Origin: Deltaproteobacteria bacterium
Lineage (GTDB): Bacteria > Myxococcota_A > Polyangia > Fen-1088
DNA length: 64,000 nucleotides
Assembly: GCA_033763315.1 (NCBI GenBank)
Contig: JANRKS010000040.1
Location: 96,001 to 160,000 of the forward strand
Reading direction: 5' to 3'
Below are positions 37,876-48,353 of the stretch, piece after piece. Under the pieces are notes generated by a model. It was not told the DNA's origin. It saw nothing but the letters and a program-made list of their open reading frames with translations, and ran no database searches. Within the stretch, counting starts at the first letter, position 1. Every line of letters starts with the position of its first letter. A program made the position numbers and the translations under genes.

Positions 37876-39822
37876 TCAGTTGGGTGTCACGGCAAACGTC
37901 TGTGGGAACGAAACATACGTCTTGCCCGCCAGGGTTAACTGCGCTGTCAAGGCATGAACACCTTGGCTGAGGTCTGCATAACGGAACACGAGCGGCGCAT
38001 CGCCAGGCATGAAGGTGTGAACCAAGTTGGCAAAGTCGTAAATCTCGATTTTGCTCCAGGCCGCCATACTTGGCAGAACGCGCACCACAGCGTCGCGCGC
38101 CTCACCCACCTTCGCGTCATAGATCGGCGTGATGTGCACGGCACGCCTGTATGAACCATAAGCGGCCGCAACGTACGCGGTGGCCTTGTCGAGCAGCCAG
38201 CCTGTTTTGGAGGCATCGCCTGTAAAGCCCGCCGCGGGGAAGATCTGCGCCATCGTGGAGGGTTTTTGTTTGTCGGCGTCGTCGCCGCTTAAGGTCTGCA
38301 CCAAGAACGCTTTGTTTTCATCCACCGGCAACAACGGCAAAGCGCCTTGCGGGCTGCGCGCTTGCAGAGCGCGCGCGAAGAACGGCAGATAAAGCGCGTA
38401 TGACCCAAGTTCAAGGTGGCTGAACCGCTCCTTGGCAAAGAAGGCCTGGTGTGCGCCTTGCCCACGGGTGCTTTCGAGCGATTGCACCAAATCACTGACT
38501 GCAACGAGATCAACCGAATCACCGCACGTAAAGATGCTCGGAATGGCGCGGGCGGCGCCAGCAGACACTTGCGCTGGCATCGCGTATGCGTCCGCCACGA
38601 AGGCCACAACGCGCGACGCAAACTGGTTCGCAAACCGCGTGGCCCACACCGATCCGGCGGAAAAGCCATAAACCACGATCGGCACCGTGTTGAGCTCGGG
38701 GTGGTTGGACGCGTTGGCCAACTGTCGCAGACCCGCTTCAACCAGCGTTGGCGATTGATTCGTCACGTGTGCCAACACGGCCAAGTCATAAGCCCGGGCA
38801 AAGTTTGCAAGGTATTCCCGCGCGTCCCACACGCCGTTGGAATCGCCACAACATCCTGGAGATTCGATATAGATGCCTTTGACCTTTTGCACGCCAGGAG
38901 GGATCCACACATGCACGGGATCGCTGGTTGAAAACGTCATCGCCGGCTCTTTGGGCGGATCGCCGGCCACGCGCCTGATCTGAAAGTCGTCGATCACCAG
39001 CGGGGCGGAGCGATCCGCGTAGCCGCCAAAGGCAATTTCGCCCGAGGTTTTCGTCAACACAAACTCGGCGTCGCCACGCAGGACCAATCGATCTCGATCG
39101 TAGGCGCTTGCCACCGCCCGCACAACGCCAGGCCGTGCCAACGTCAGCGTCACGCGGAACTCGTAAAAGCGCTCGTCATTGATCATGGGCGTCAACGTCA
39201 CCAACGACTTTGGCTCAGGTTGCATGGCCAGCAGAGCACGGCTGCTTTCCAAATCACTGCCCTGCGCGAAAACAAACCCGTCATTGCCGGTTTCGCTCCA
39301 ATTGAATGTGATGCGTGGCGCTTGTTTGCGACCGCTTTGCGGAAAGAACGCGATCCATGCCTTTGGAAGAACGCTGGGGGCCAGGGCGGGCGACGGCACG
39401 ATCGGGGTGCTGTTGGATTGCACCCGCATCGAAACCACCAAAGGTCCGGATGCGAGATCGAAAGAATCGCTGGGCGTGCCATCAGGTGTGGAATCAACGA
39501 TCGCCGTGTGTTGGGTGAACGACTTCACTTGCAGCGCACCATCGGCAACGGTCAGGTGTGTTGTCGGTTCATCCACAACCACCTTTTTAAGATCGGTGGG
39601 CGAGTCGAACGTCAGATGCACGAGCACAGTGGGATCGGGCGGCGGCCCCTTGTCGGGAACATACGCGTCTTCGGCGGACGCATCTGCCGCCGGCCCTGGC
39701 GAGCCACCTCCATCACCGCCCGTGCCTCCGTCCACACCAGAGCCACCGCTGGCGCCCTCATCACCAGCACCTGAACAGGCGCTAAGCAAAGCGCAAACCA
39801 GCAGACAGCGGCTTTTCGTCAT
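37876..39822 (-). CDS. Lipoprotein with beta-sandwich region and alpha/beta-hydrolase domain
   Basis: LSAC lipobox, ELNTVPIVVYGFSAGS nucleophile elbow. Confidence 0.7.
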   Translation of the reverse strand: MTKSRCLLVCALLSACSGAGDEGASGGSGVDGGTGGDGGGSPGPAADASAEDAYVPDKGPPPDPTVLVHLTFDSPTDLKKVVVDEPTTHLTVADGALQVKSFTQHTAIVDSTPDGTPSDSFDLASGPLVVSMRVQSNSTPIVPSPALAPSVLPKAWIAFFPQSGRKQAPRITFNWSETGNDGFVFAQGSDLESSRALLAMQPEPKSLVTLTPMINDERFYEFRVTLTLARPGVVRAVASAYDRDRLVLRGDAEFVLTKTSGEIAFGGYADRSAPLVIDDFQIRRVAGDPPKEPAMTFSTSDPVHVWIPPGVQKVKGIYIESPGCCGDSNGVWDAREYLANFARAYDLAVLAHVTNQSPTLVEAGLRQLANASNHPELNTVPIVVYGFSAGSVWATRFANQFASRVVAFVADAYAMPAQVSAGAARAIPSIFTCGDSVDLVAVSDLVQSLESTRGQGAHQAFFAKERFSHLELGSYALYLPFFARALQARSPQGALPLLPVDENKAFLVQTLSGDDADKQKPSTMAQIFPAAGFTGDASKTGWLLDKATAYVAAAYGSYRRAVHITPIYDAKVGEARDAVVRVLPSMAAWSKIEIYDFANLVHTFMPGDAPLVFRYADLSQGVHALTAQLTLAGKTYVSFPQTFAVTPN

Positions 39823-39831
39823 GGTTCACCT

Positions 39832-41001
39832 TTACTTCGTGATGGTGGAACCAGAGACCTGTGGTGCGCCTTTGGCCTTCACGAATATGCCGGGATAGCC
39901 TTCGGTGTCGAAGCCTTTGTTGGGGTTGCCCGTCAACACGGAATCCTTGATGATCAGTGAGCCCGTGCTGTTGTTGCTGACAAAGAAGATGGCGCCGCCG
40001 CCTTCGTTGGCGCTGTTGTCGTGGATGGCAACGCCACACAGTGAAAGCGTAAATTCATTGCCGTCGTTGTAGATTGCCCCGCCATTGCCGCCACCCAAGT
40101 TGCCCGACGGCGGCGGTTCCATGCCGATGGCCTGGTTGTGGGAAAAAGCGCTATTGATCACCGTGAACGACACGCCCAACCCGCTGATGCCCCCACCGTT
40201 TGAACAAACATTCCCAAGTTTGTTGCCTGCTTTGTCTTCCCCTCCAAACGTGCTGTTGACGAAGTACGCGGGTTTGCCTTGAAACTGTGATTGCACGCGC
40301 ACGGCACCGCCGCCCAAATCGGGCGCGGCATCGATGCATATGTTGCGAAAGAAGCGTGAGTTCAAAATCTTCAGCCGTCCCCCCCGCACGAACACGGCAC
40401 CGCCACTTGGTTCGGGCTGTTGCCCCTTCGCGTTGCCATCGATGAACGTGAGGTTCTGCAGCGTCAGCTGCGGTGAATCCTGATCTTGGCAGTGATCGGT
40501 TGTGTACTTTTGCGCGGGGTCGCAGGTGTTTTGATACAGAATCCGCACCTTGCCACCACCACTCAAGGTGATCTTGGACCCACCATCGATAACGATCTTG
40601 GGGCCTGTGTCGTTCACGATCTTTGCAGTGCGATCCAGCACAATGGTCTTGGGCTCAGGCCCGCACGAAAACGTGATCACGCCCCCTTTGGCCACGGCAT
40701 TCACGAACGCCTCAGAGGTGCAGCTTTGCGGCGTGCCATCGCCCACCACCGTCCGCGGGTTGCTTACGTTTTCGAGCGCCGCTTCGCTGGGCACCGCACA
40801 CTTACCTGCAGGGTTACCCGCCGCAGGACCATCTTGGGCCGCATTCGTGGAGCCGCCGATCCCGATAGAGCCACCGGATGAGTTTACGGCCGATCCGGCC
40901 ATGCCCCCCGTCATGGCCATACCGCCAGCCTTGTCATCTGACGAAGAGCCACCGCAAGCCCCCCACGCCACCGCAGCCGCAAGCAAACACCAAGATTTCA
41001 T
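39832..41001 (-). CDS. Lipoprotein with GGAI/FxxN beta-helix (pectin-lyase-like) repeats
   Basis: WGAC lipobox, GGVITFSCG, repeated GGAV/GGAI and FxxN motifs. Confidence 0.8.
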   Translation of the reverse strand: MKSWCLLAAAVAWGACGGSSSDDKAGGMAMTGGMAGSAVNSSGGSIGIGGSTNAAQDGPAAGNPAGKCAVPSEAALENVSNPRTVVGDGTPQSCTSEAFVNAVAKGGVITFSCGPEPKTIVLDRTAKIVNDTGPKIVIDGGSKITLSGGGKVRILYQNTCDPAQKYTTDHCQDQDSPQLTLQNLTFIDGNAKGQQPEPSGGAVFVRGGRLKILNSRFFRNICIDAAPDLGGGAVRVQSQFQGKPAYFVNSTFGGEDKAGNKLGNVCSNGGGISGLGVSFTVINSAFSHNQAIGMEPPPSGNLGGGNGGAIYNDGNEFTLSLCGVAIHDNSANEGGGAIFFVSNNSTGSLIIKDSVLTGNPNKGFDTEGYPGIFVKAKGAPQVSGSTITK

Positions 41002-41033
41002 GCACTCAAAATACACGAAGTCGCACGGGCGCT

Positions 41034-42437
41034 CTAGACAAAGGCCTTGGGTTGGCCCGTGGCTTCGATGACCGACATCCACAGATCGTCGGTGGGATCC
41101 ACGCGCTTTTGGCTACGCGTCGCCAACTCCATGGGCACATGCACAAAACGGCCATGCCATCGGCCGATGAGCATTTCCGTGTTGCCCGCCATCGCGGCAT
41201 GAACGGCGTTGCGCGCCATATTCCAGCAGAACACGCTGTCCGAAGGTGAAGCAGGCACGCTTCTGATTGTGTAGCTGGGATCAATGTACTTCAAGGTGAC
41301 CTCGCGTCCCGCACTCTTGAAGTGGTTGGTGATGCGATCCCGCAGAAACACGCCCACGTCCTTAAGACGCGCGTTGCCGCTTTTGTCTGACAACTCGGAA
41401 CGTTCCGCATCCGCGATTAGCTCTTGCGCCGCCCCTTCGGCCACAACCACCACAGCGTGGCCTTGCCGATCCAGAACACGCTCAAGGCAGCGATAGACCC
41501 CGCGTTCACCCTCCAGATGCGCTGGCACTTCCGGAATCAACACCAGATCCACATCAGTGCTGGCCAGGGCCGCATAGCAAGCCACGAAGCCCGAGTGGCG
41601 GCCCATCAGCTTCACGAGACCAATGCCGTTGCGGGCACCCGTGGCCTCCACGCGCGCGGCGCGAATCACTTCAACGGCCGCCGAGAACGCGCTTTCAAAC
41701 CCGAAGCTGCGATCGATGAAGTGGATGTCGTTGTCGATGGTCTTCGGCACGCCCACAACGGCGATTGCGGCGCCCCGACGGGCGATCTCCGCGGTCAGCT
41801 GCATGGCCCCGCGGATCGTCCCATCGCCACCCACCACGAACAGAACATTGATGCCCCACGCCTGAAGGTTGTCGACGACTTCGCTCGGGTTCTGCGACCC
41901 ACGCGACGATCCCAAAATCGTACCGCCTTCATGGTGGATGTGCGCCACCGATTGCGGTGTCAGATGCAAAGGCGCCTGCCCCAACCGCGAGACCATGCCT
42001 TCGTACCCGTATCGAAAGCCCATGATGTGGCGCACGCCATAGCCGCCGGCCATCTCAAGCACCAGCCCCCGAACCACGTTGTTGAGGCCAGGACACAAAC
42101 CGCCACACGTGACAATCCCACAGCGAACCGTCCGCGGATCAAAGAAGATCTTGTTGCGGGGGCCCGCCAATTCGAACGCGGGCAAATCTGCCAGGGCGTG
42201 CGCCCCCACCTGCGACAACACGTCATTGACCAGCACTTTGTCGGCCTCGCCCACGTAGTGCATCGCGGTCTCTCCCAGATGAGTGGCCACCGGCGAGGCG
42301 AAGTTGCATTTGCCTAAGTCTTTGATGGCGACGTCGGCGCGTGTGATCCGCCCCGCCAAACCGGGGGGACCTTGCACCTTCACCACATCCGGAACCGTTA
42401 ACGAAGAGGGCGATGAAGCCGGGCCATCAGAAGGCAT
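41034..42437 (-). CDS. pfkA: ATP-dependent 6-phosphofructokinase (group X type)
   Basis: TCGGLCPGLN, GGTILGSSRG, GGDGT, PKTIDND, MGRHSG, KYIDPSY. Confidence 0.93.
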   Translation of the reverse strand: MPSDGPASSPSSLTVPDVVKVQGPPGLAGRITRADVAIKDLGKCNFASPVATHLGETAMHYVGEADKVLVNDVLSQVGAHALADLPAFELAGPRNKIFFDPRTVRCGIVTCGGLCPGLNNVVRGLVLEMAGGYGVRHIMGFRYGYEGMVSRLGQAPLHLTPQSVAHIHHEGGTILGSSRGSQNPSEVVDNLQAWGINVLFVVGGDGTIRGAMQLTAEIARRGAAIAVVGVPKTIDNDIHFIDRSFGFESAFSAAVEVIRAARVEATGARNGIGLVKLMGRHSGFVACYAALASTDVDLVLIPEVPAHLEGERGVYRCLERVLDRQGHAVVVVAEGAAQELIADAERSELSDKSGNARLKDVGVFLRDRITNHFKSAGREVTLKYIDPSYTIRSVPASPSDSVFCWNMARNAVHAAMAGNTEMLIGRWHGRFVHVPMELATRSQKRVDPTDDLWMSVIEATGQPKAFV

Positions 42438-42530
42438 GTGCCTCAGAGCCTAAGCGCGCTTCGTTTCCAATGGCTTTCGGCGCCGGAAACATGGCGTAAC
42501 GAATCGCCACACAGGCGCAATGCGCCCGGC

Positions 42531-43811
42531 CTAAAGCTGCGGCCGAAACCAGTTTGCCAGCCACTCTGAGATCTTTTCGCCGGTGCCACGTTGGCGCCAG
42601 TCCGCAAGGGAATAATCATCGGCGTTGGCTTTGTCGCGTTCGAACTGCGCTTCGTTCTCGGCAGCGAAACCGGCGTCGAAAACGTTCAGGTTGGCTTCGT
42701 CGTTCAAACGAAACGATCGGTTGTCAAAATTTGTTGAACCCACCGAGGTCCATGCGCGATCGACGATGAAGATCTTACAGTGCAACATCGTGGGCTTGTA
42801 TCTGAAGATCTTCACCCCAGCGGCCAGCAAGGGTCCCCAATGAGCGCGCGAGGCGTGGCTGACCACCGTTTGGTCCGTATGATCTCCGGGCACAATGATT
42901 TGCACGTCCACGCCGCGTTTTCGTGCGGCCACCAGCATCCGCACCGAGAGATCGTCCGGCACGAAATAGGCATTCTCCATGTGAATGCTTTTGCGCGCAG
43001 CCGCGATCGCCAACAAATACATCAAGCGCATGCTATCGCTGCCCTCACGCGCTGAACTGCGAAACACTTGCGCGAATTGATTGGCGGGCTGCACCTCGAG
43101 CGACGGGAAATAATCATCGCCGTGCAACACGTGGCCACGCGTTCGAATCCAATTGTCCATAAACGCCGCCTGCAGCTGCGCGACCACGGGCCCCTCAATC
43201 TGGAAATGCGTGTCACGCCAGTGTTGGGGATCCTGCGCATGCCCATCCCACAGATCGGCGATGCCCACACCACCCGTAAAGCCCACGCGCCCATCAATGA
43301 TCAAGAGCTTTCGATGGGTGCGGTTGTTCATGCGGACCAGGGTGTACCAACGCAAAGGCCGGTAATAGCTGACCGACACGCCAGAGCTGCGCATGGATTC
43401 GATCAGCGACCGATCCATCTTGGCCGCACCCACCCAATCCACAAGCACCGAAGTCTTCACCCCCGCGCGGGCTCGCTCACCGAGGGCGTCGGAGAACCGT
43501 TTGCCGATGTCACCCGACCAGTAGATGTAGGTTTCGAAGTTGATGGAACGCTTGGCTCCCGCAATGGCGTTCAACATCGCCGGAAAGATTTGTTCGCCGT
43601 TGATCAGCGGCAAAACCTTGTTGCCCGGTGTCAACGACCGGCCCAACAGGGATCCCATCGTCCGCGCAAACTGTGGATCTTCGATGCCGTAGCGCGATTC
43701 GATCTCGTCTTCGATGCGGTTCTCGCCAGAGCTCAAAGCAAGGGACAAGAATGCCGTCGTGCCTCCCAACATCAGCCCCACCGCCAACCGCTTCCATCCG
43801 CGCCTCGTCAT
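42531..43811 (-). CDS. cls: Cardiolipin synthase (phospholipase D family)
   Basis: Two HKD motifs: HRKLLIID and HCKIFIVD; GSTNFDNRS. Confidence 0.9.
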   Translation of the reverse strand: MTRRGWKRLAVGLMLGGTTAFLSLALSSGENRIEDEIESRYGIEDPQFARTMGSLLGRSLTPGNKVLPLINGEQIFPAMLNAIAGAKRSINFETYIYWSGDIGKRFSDALGERARAGVKTSVLVDWVGAAKMDRSLIESMRSSGVSVSYYRPLRWYTLVRMNNRTHRKLLIIDGRVGFTGGVGIADLWDGHAQDPQHWRDTHFQIEGPVVAQLQAAFMDNWIRTRGHVLHGDDYFPSLEVQPANQFAQVFRSSAREGSDSMRLMYLLAIAAARKSIHMENAYFVPDDLSVRMLVAARKRGVDVQIIVPGDHTDQTVVSHASRAHWGPLLAAGVKIFRYKPTMLHCKIFIVDRAWTSVGSTNFDNRSFRLNDEANLNVFDAGFAAENEAQFERDKANADDYSLADWRQRGTGEKISEWLANWFRPQL

Positions 43812-43928
43812 TTCACACTCTTATCTAGCTTGCGTGCCAATACCGCGCACTTCCTGCAGCAACTTTCCCAAAGAACGCACCTTCGGTGCATTTAGAAGCA
43901 TGGACTGTGCCTTTTTGCTTGTTTTTCG

Positions 43929-43944
43929 TGGCATATGTGTTGCT
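43929..43944 (+). promoter_or_regulatory. sigma54 promoter candidate
   Basis: TGGCATATGTGTTGCT with exact -24/-12 spacing upstream of the two small genes. Confidence 0.6.
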
Positions 43945-43956
43945 GACTATCAACTT

Positions 43957-44280
43957 ATGTCGCCCACTTCGGAGATGATCCGGATCGCCTTGCTGTGTTT
44001 GGTCGCCGGCGTGTCATTACCCCTGCTCGTGCAGTTGTTCTTGACATTGCGTTCGCTGCAGAAGGTGATCGTGATGTTCGATAAGCGCCTCGACCCGGCG
44101 CTGCGCGACCTGTCCCATGCGATCGAAGGTCTGCGCAAAGCAGAGCCGTCAAACGCGGCCTCGGTGATTGGCGCGGCCGCCTTACCAGCGCTGCTTGCCG
44201 CGTTCAATGCATGGAAAACGCACATGGCCGAGCGTGCCTCGGCCGAATCAACAACACCCACCAAGGATCCGACACCATGA
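43957..44280 (+). CDS. Small membrane/coiled-coil protein
   Basis: N-terminal TM then amphipathic helix; ATGA overlap with the YtxH-like gene. Confidence 0.65.
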   Translation: MSPTSEMIRIALLCLVAGVSLPLLVQLFLTLRSLQKVIVMFDKRLDPALRDLSHAIEGLRKAEPSNAASVIGAAALPALLAAFNAWKTHMAERASAESTTPTKDPTP

Positions 44281-44525
44281 AAGACGAGCGCGTTGTTTAT
44301 CAAGGCTTCACTTTTGGCCACGTCATGCTCGCGCTTTTAGGCGGCGCCGCCGCGGGCGCCGCGGCGGCGTACCTCACAGCGCCGCGGGCGGGCGCCGCCA
44401 CGCGACGCCGCCTGGCGGGCATCGCCGACAACGTTTCAGATACAGCGATGCGCGTCCCAGAGGCGCTGCAAAAAGCGACCCAGGCGGCAAAGGAAGCGTT
44501 CTTAGAAGCGCTGGAGAACGGCTGA
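44277..44525 (+). CDS. YtxH-like protein
   Basis: LLGGAAAGAAAAYLTAPRAGAATRRRL signature. Confidence 0.85.
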   Translation: MKDERVVYQGFTFGHVMLALLGGAAAGAAAAYLTAPRAGAATRRRLAGIADNVSDTAMRVPEALQKATQAAKEAFLEALENG

Positions 44526-44543
44526 GCTGCGCTTCTTGAAGCG

Positions 44544-45125
44544 CTACTGCGTCAAGGCGCGCTCGCTCTGACGGCGTGCCGCCGCAGCCTGCTCCTCCAG
44601 CTGTTCTTTTGATCCAGTCTGCAGCGCCGCGATAATCGTCCTCGCAAACGCCGGCAAATCGCTCGGCCGTCTCGACGTGATAAGAGCGCCATCTTCCACA
44701 ACCTCCTCATCAAGCCAGTGGGCCCCCGCGTTCTGCAGATCTGTTTTGACTGACGGCCAAGACGTCATCCTTCGGCCCTTCACCTCGCCGGCCTCAATCA
44801 ACAGCTGAGGCCCGTGGCATACGGCGGCTACAATCTTCCCCGCTTGGCAAAACGCGCGCACAAAATCCACAGTGGGTTGGTGAACGCGCAAGTGGTCAGG
44901 CGAGTACCCACCAGGGATCACAAGCGCGTCGAACTCGTTGACGTTGTGGCCTGCCACGGCGTCGTCTACCTTCACCGTTTCCTTTTTGTGATAGCCCTTA
45001 AGCTCCGCGTTTCGTTCTAGCCCCAGCACGGTAACTTTGTGCCCCGCCTTCTTGATCTCGTCGTAAGGAACACGGAATTCAGAGTCTTCAAAGTCACCCG
45101 CCAAAACGAATGCAACGTTCGCCAT
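44544..45125 (-). CDS. PfpI/DJ-1 family (type 1 glutamine amidotransferase-like) protein
   Basis: FEDSE, IPGGYSPDHLR, AVCHGPQLL, ITSRRPSDL. Confidence 0.93.
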   Translation of the reverse strand: MANVAFVLAGDFEDSEFRVPYDEIKKAGHKVTVLGLERNAELKGYHKKETVKVDDAVAGHNVNEFDALVIPGGYSPDHLRVHQPTVDFVRAFCQAGKIVAAVCHGPQLLIEAGEVKGRRMTSWPSVKTDLQNAGAHWLDEEVVEDGALITSRRPSDLPAFARTIIAALQTGSKEQLEEQAAAARRQSERALTQ

Positions 45126-45140
45126 ACACACCTAACCTTT

Positions 45141-46934
45141 CTAATCAGGTATTCGGTGCAAGGCAGGGGCCACCGCAGGCAGATCGACATAAGACGCACA
45201 TTGTCGCGGCCCGCTTCTCCGCCGGATAACCCGAGGGCTCTGCGACCACAGCGGCGTGGGGCCGCCCAAGTAGAAGCCTTGCGCTCGATCATAGCCGCGA
45301 GCGTTGGCACTGCACAGTTGTTCCTCTGATTCGATGCCTTCCGCCACGCAGGCGATGGTCAACGCATGGGCCAACAACGGCACGAAGGTCGCCAGCACCC
45401 GGCGCTGCCCTTCCATGACCTGAACGTCCTTGGGGGCCACCTTCACCACGTCGGGCAGCACGTCGCTTAGAAACCGTAACGAACCGCCCGCTTGACCGAA
45501 GTTGCTGATGGCCAAGCGAAAGCCTGCACCCTTTATGTTGGCGCACACCGCCTTGCCGCGTTCGATGTCGCTAAGCAGGTCGGATTCCGCGAGCTCAATT
45601 TCAACGCGGCTTAACTCGACGCCCAAGGCCTGCCCGGCGCGGGCGACGCGCATCAAGCATCCCTTTTCGCTCAAATCATCCACACACATGTTTAACGAAA
45701 GGCCCACACCGTCCAGCCCGCTAGCGCTCCATTTCGACAAATGGCGCAGGCCTTCACAGAACACCCATTCACTCAACTCTTTGCCCAATCGGGTGCCGCG
45801 CAACGCGGGTAAAAATCCCCCCGGCGCCAGCACGGTCCCGTCATTTCGGCGCCAACGGAGCAACGCCTCGAACCCTATAAGGGCGTTCGAATTCAAATCA
45901 AATTGCGGCTGAAAATAAAGCGCGAACTCATCACGGCGAAGCGCCTCTTGCACGTCTGTCCGAACCGAAGCCAACGATTCAAGCACCAACGTTCGTGGAT
46001 CGTCAAACCGAAATGTGTTGCGCCCCGCACGCTTGGCGGCATACATGGCTCGATCGGCGGCGTTCAGGATGCTTTCCATTGAATCGCCGCTAAACGGGAA
46101 TACAGCGATGCCAACACTGGCACCCACGTTGACCAAGTTCCCGTTCGCCATGATGGGCAGGCCGATGTTCGCCACAATCCGCCGCGCTGTTTCGCCCGTG
46201 GACTCAGGGGATTCGATGCCCTCAAGCAGCACGGCGAACTCATCTCCACCCAAGCGCGCCACCGTATCGTATTCACGCACTTGTGCGCGCAGCCGGCGCC
46301 CCACTTCCACAAGGGCCAGGTCACCGGCGTGATGGCCAACGTGATCATTGATCGGCTTGAAGCCATCCAGATCCACAAACAGAACGGCGAACATCTCATT
46401 GTGGCGGCGCGCCCGAGCCAGCGACTGTGTGACCTTGGCCGCGAACTGCGCACGATTCACCAAACCGGTCAGGCTGTCCATGCGGGACATATCCTCAAGC
46501 TGCTGTTCCAGTCGTTTACGTTCGAGCGCTGCGTGCACTGCACGCACAAGCTGGTGAAAACGCATTGTGCTTTTGTCGAGAAAGTCTTGGGCGCCCAGGC
46601 GAATCGCGTGTAGCGCTGTGACTTCATCTTCACTCTCTGCCAACACAACGATGGCGCTGCTGGGGGACGCTTCACGCACATGCTTTACCGATTCAAGGCC
46701 AAGCGAATCGCCCAGATCCAACAAAACGAGCGTGGGTGGTTGCGCAGCGATGTGTTCAAGCGCTTCGTTGTAGACATCGAAACACAGCACCTCGGCCACG
46801 TCGTTCATTCGGGCCAAGTGAAGACGCAACACAGCCAGGTTGCCATTGCCTGCCTCCACCACGACGAGGCGCGCAATGCCCTCGCCGGCCCCAAACGGCG
46901 CCTGCTTGACCTCTGTGCACTGGCTTGTTGCCAT
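45141..46934 (-). CDS. REC-GGDEF-EAL protein with degenerate EAL domain
   Basis: REYD I-site then GGDEF; EAL present but DDFGTG replaced by SNFGQA. Confidence 0.9.
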   Translation of the reverse strand: MATSQCTEVKQAPFGAGEGIARLVVVEAGNGNLAVLRLHLARMNDVAEVLCFDVYNEALEHIAAQPPTLVLLDLGDSLGLESVKHVREASPSSAIVVLAESEDEVTALHAIRLGAQDFLDKSTMRFHQLVRAVHAALERKRLEQQLEDMSRMDSLTGLVNRAQFAAKVTQSLARARRHNEMFAVLFVDLDGFKPINDHVGHHAGDLALVEVGRRLRAQVREYDTVARLGGDEFAVLLEGIESPESTGETARRIVANIGLPIMANGNLVNVGASVGIAVFPFSGDSMESILNAADRAMYAAKRAGRNTFRFDDPRTLVLESLASVRTDVQEALRRDEFALYFQPQFDLNSNALIGFEALLRWRRNDGTVLAPGGFLPALRGTRLGKELSEWVFCEGLRHLSKWSASGLDGVGLSLNMCVDDLSEKGCLMRVARAGQALGVELSRVEIELAESDLLSDIERGKAVCANIKGAGFRLAISNFGQAGGSLRFLSDVLPDVVKVAPKDVQVMEGQRRVLATFVPLLAHALTIACVAEGIESEEQLCSANARGYDRAQGFYLGGPTPLWSQSPRVIRRRSGPRQCASYVDLPAVAPALHRIPD

Positions 46935-47174
46935 AAGGGCATTCTCGGCGGAAAAGAGCCTAACTTAACTATCAGACCCCAACGCCAGGATTGCCTCGCG
47001 TAACCCGTACGCCACGCCACAAATTGCTTTCGAAAGAACACTGTTTTCAGGATGTTACGCGGATAACACGCGGTGTCTCCGGCGCGCGCAGCAAACGCCT
47101 CGCGTCTTTCCTATTCTCTCGCTCTTCTAGCCCTCCTTTGTTATGGTGAAGCCGCAAGGGCAACGGGGGGGACC

Positions 47175-48353
47175 ATGGTGGCAGTCACAACGGTGTTGTT
47201 GATCGACGACAACGATCTCGTTCGACAGGCGTTCCGCAGAATCCTTCAACTGGCGGGGTTCGCTGTATTAGAGGCCGACGGCGGCGAGACGGGGCTCGAA
47301 CTGTTTCGCGAAGCCTCGCCGGCGGCGGTCCTCGTGGATTTGCGCATGCCGGGTCTTGATGGGCTGGAAGTTCTATCGCGCCTCTCACAAGAGGCACCGG
47401 AGACGCCTGTGATCGTTGTTTCCGGAGAGGGATCGATGTCCGACGCTTTGGCCGCCCTGCGGTTCGGCGCGTGGGACTATGTTACTAAGCCGTTGCTGCA
47501 ATCAGAGATTTTGGCGCAAACGGTGACGCGTGCGCTCGATAAGGCCCGGTTGCTGAAGGAGAACCGCGAACATCGCGCGCGGCTTGAGGTGTTAAATGAT
47601 CAACTTACCAAGGCCCTCGACGAGATTCGCAGCGATCAGGAAGCGGGCCGGCGTTTGCAGCACCAGCTGCTGCCTCCCGATCAACAGCGCATGGGTCACT
47701 GGAAGTTCAGCCGGCGCATCTTTCCGTCGCGGGCTCTAAGTGGTGACTTCGTTGACTATTTCAAACTTGGCGAAGGATACGCTGGGCTTTACCTTACCGA
47801 TGTGGCTGGTCATGGCGCGGCTTCAGCGTTTGTGACCGCTATGATAGTGGCGTTGGTTGCAAAATATCGTGAAGCTTATGCTTCGGGTTTAAGCGACCTT
47901 ATCTTGGAGCCAGAGCGGTTCTTGGAACAACTGAACCGCGATTTGTTTGGCCGCGGTCTAGACAAGCACGCCACCATGTTTTACGCCGTGGTGGAGTTAA
48001 AAAGTGACGTGATGGTGTACGCGAACGCGGGGCAGTATCCATTTCCTGCTTTGTTCGGGCGGCGCTACCCGCGTTTTTTGGAGGTTCCCGGGCGCCCCCT
48101 AGGGCTTTTTCCTGACGCGCGTTACACCCGTGGTGAACTGTCGCTGGCGCAGGTTGACCGCTTGGTGGTTGTGTCTGACGGCATGTTGTCCACCACCACT
48201 CAGCAAACCAGCACCCAAAGGTTGGATATGTTGCTGAAGCTGGGAGCCTCCGCGAACGATGTGGATGCGTTGGCACTGGCTTTGGGCACCGGGGAAGGAC
48301 ATCCCTGTGAAGATGACGTCACGCTTTTGTTTGTAGAAAGGAGCGCAGTTTAA
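47175..48353 (+). CDS. REC-PP2C (SpoIIE-like) phosphatase response regulator
   Basis: DLRMPGLDG, SGDFVDY, DVAGHG, SDG, EDDVT. Confidence 0.92.
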   Translation: MVAVTTVLLIDDNDLVRQAFRRILQLAGFAVLEADGGETGLELFREASPAAVLVDLRMPGLDGLEVLSRLSQEAPETPVIVVSGEGSMSDALAALRFGAWDYVTKPLLQSEILAQTVTRALDKARLLKENREHRARLEVLNDQLTKALDEIRSDQEAGRRLQHQLLPPDQQRMGHWKFSRRIFPSRALSGDFVDYFKLGEGYAGLYLTDVAGHGAASAFVTAMIVALVAKYREAYASGLSDLILEPERFLEQLNRDLFGRGLDKHATMFYAVVELKSDVMVYANAGQYPFPALFGRRYPRFLEVPGRPLGLFPDARYTRGELSLAQVDRLVVVSDGMLSTTTQQTSTQRLDMLLKLGASANDVDALALALGTGEGHPCEDDVTLLFVERSAV

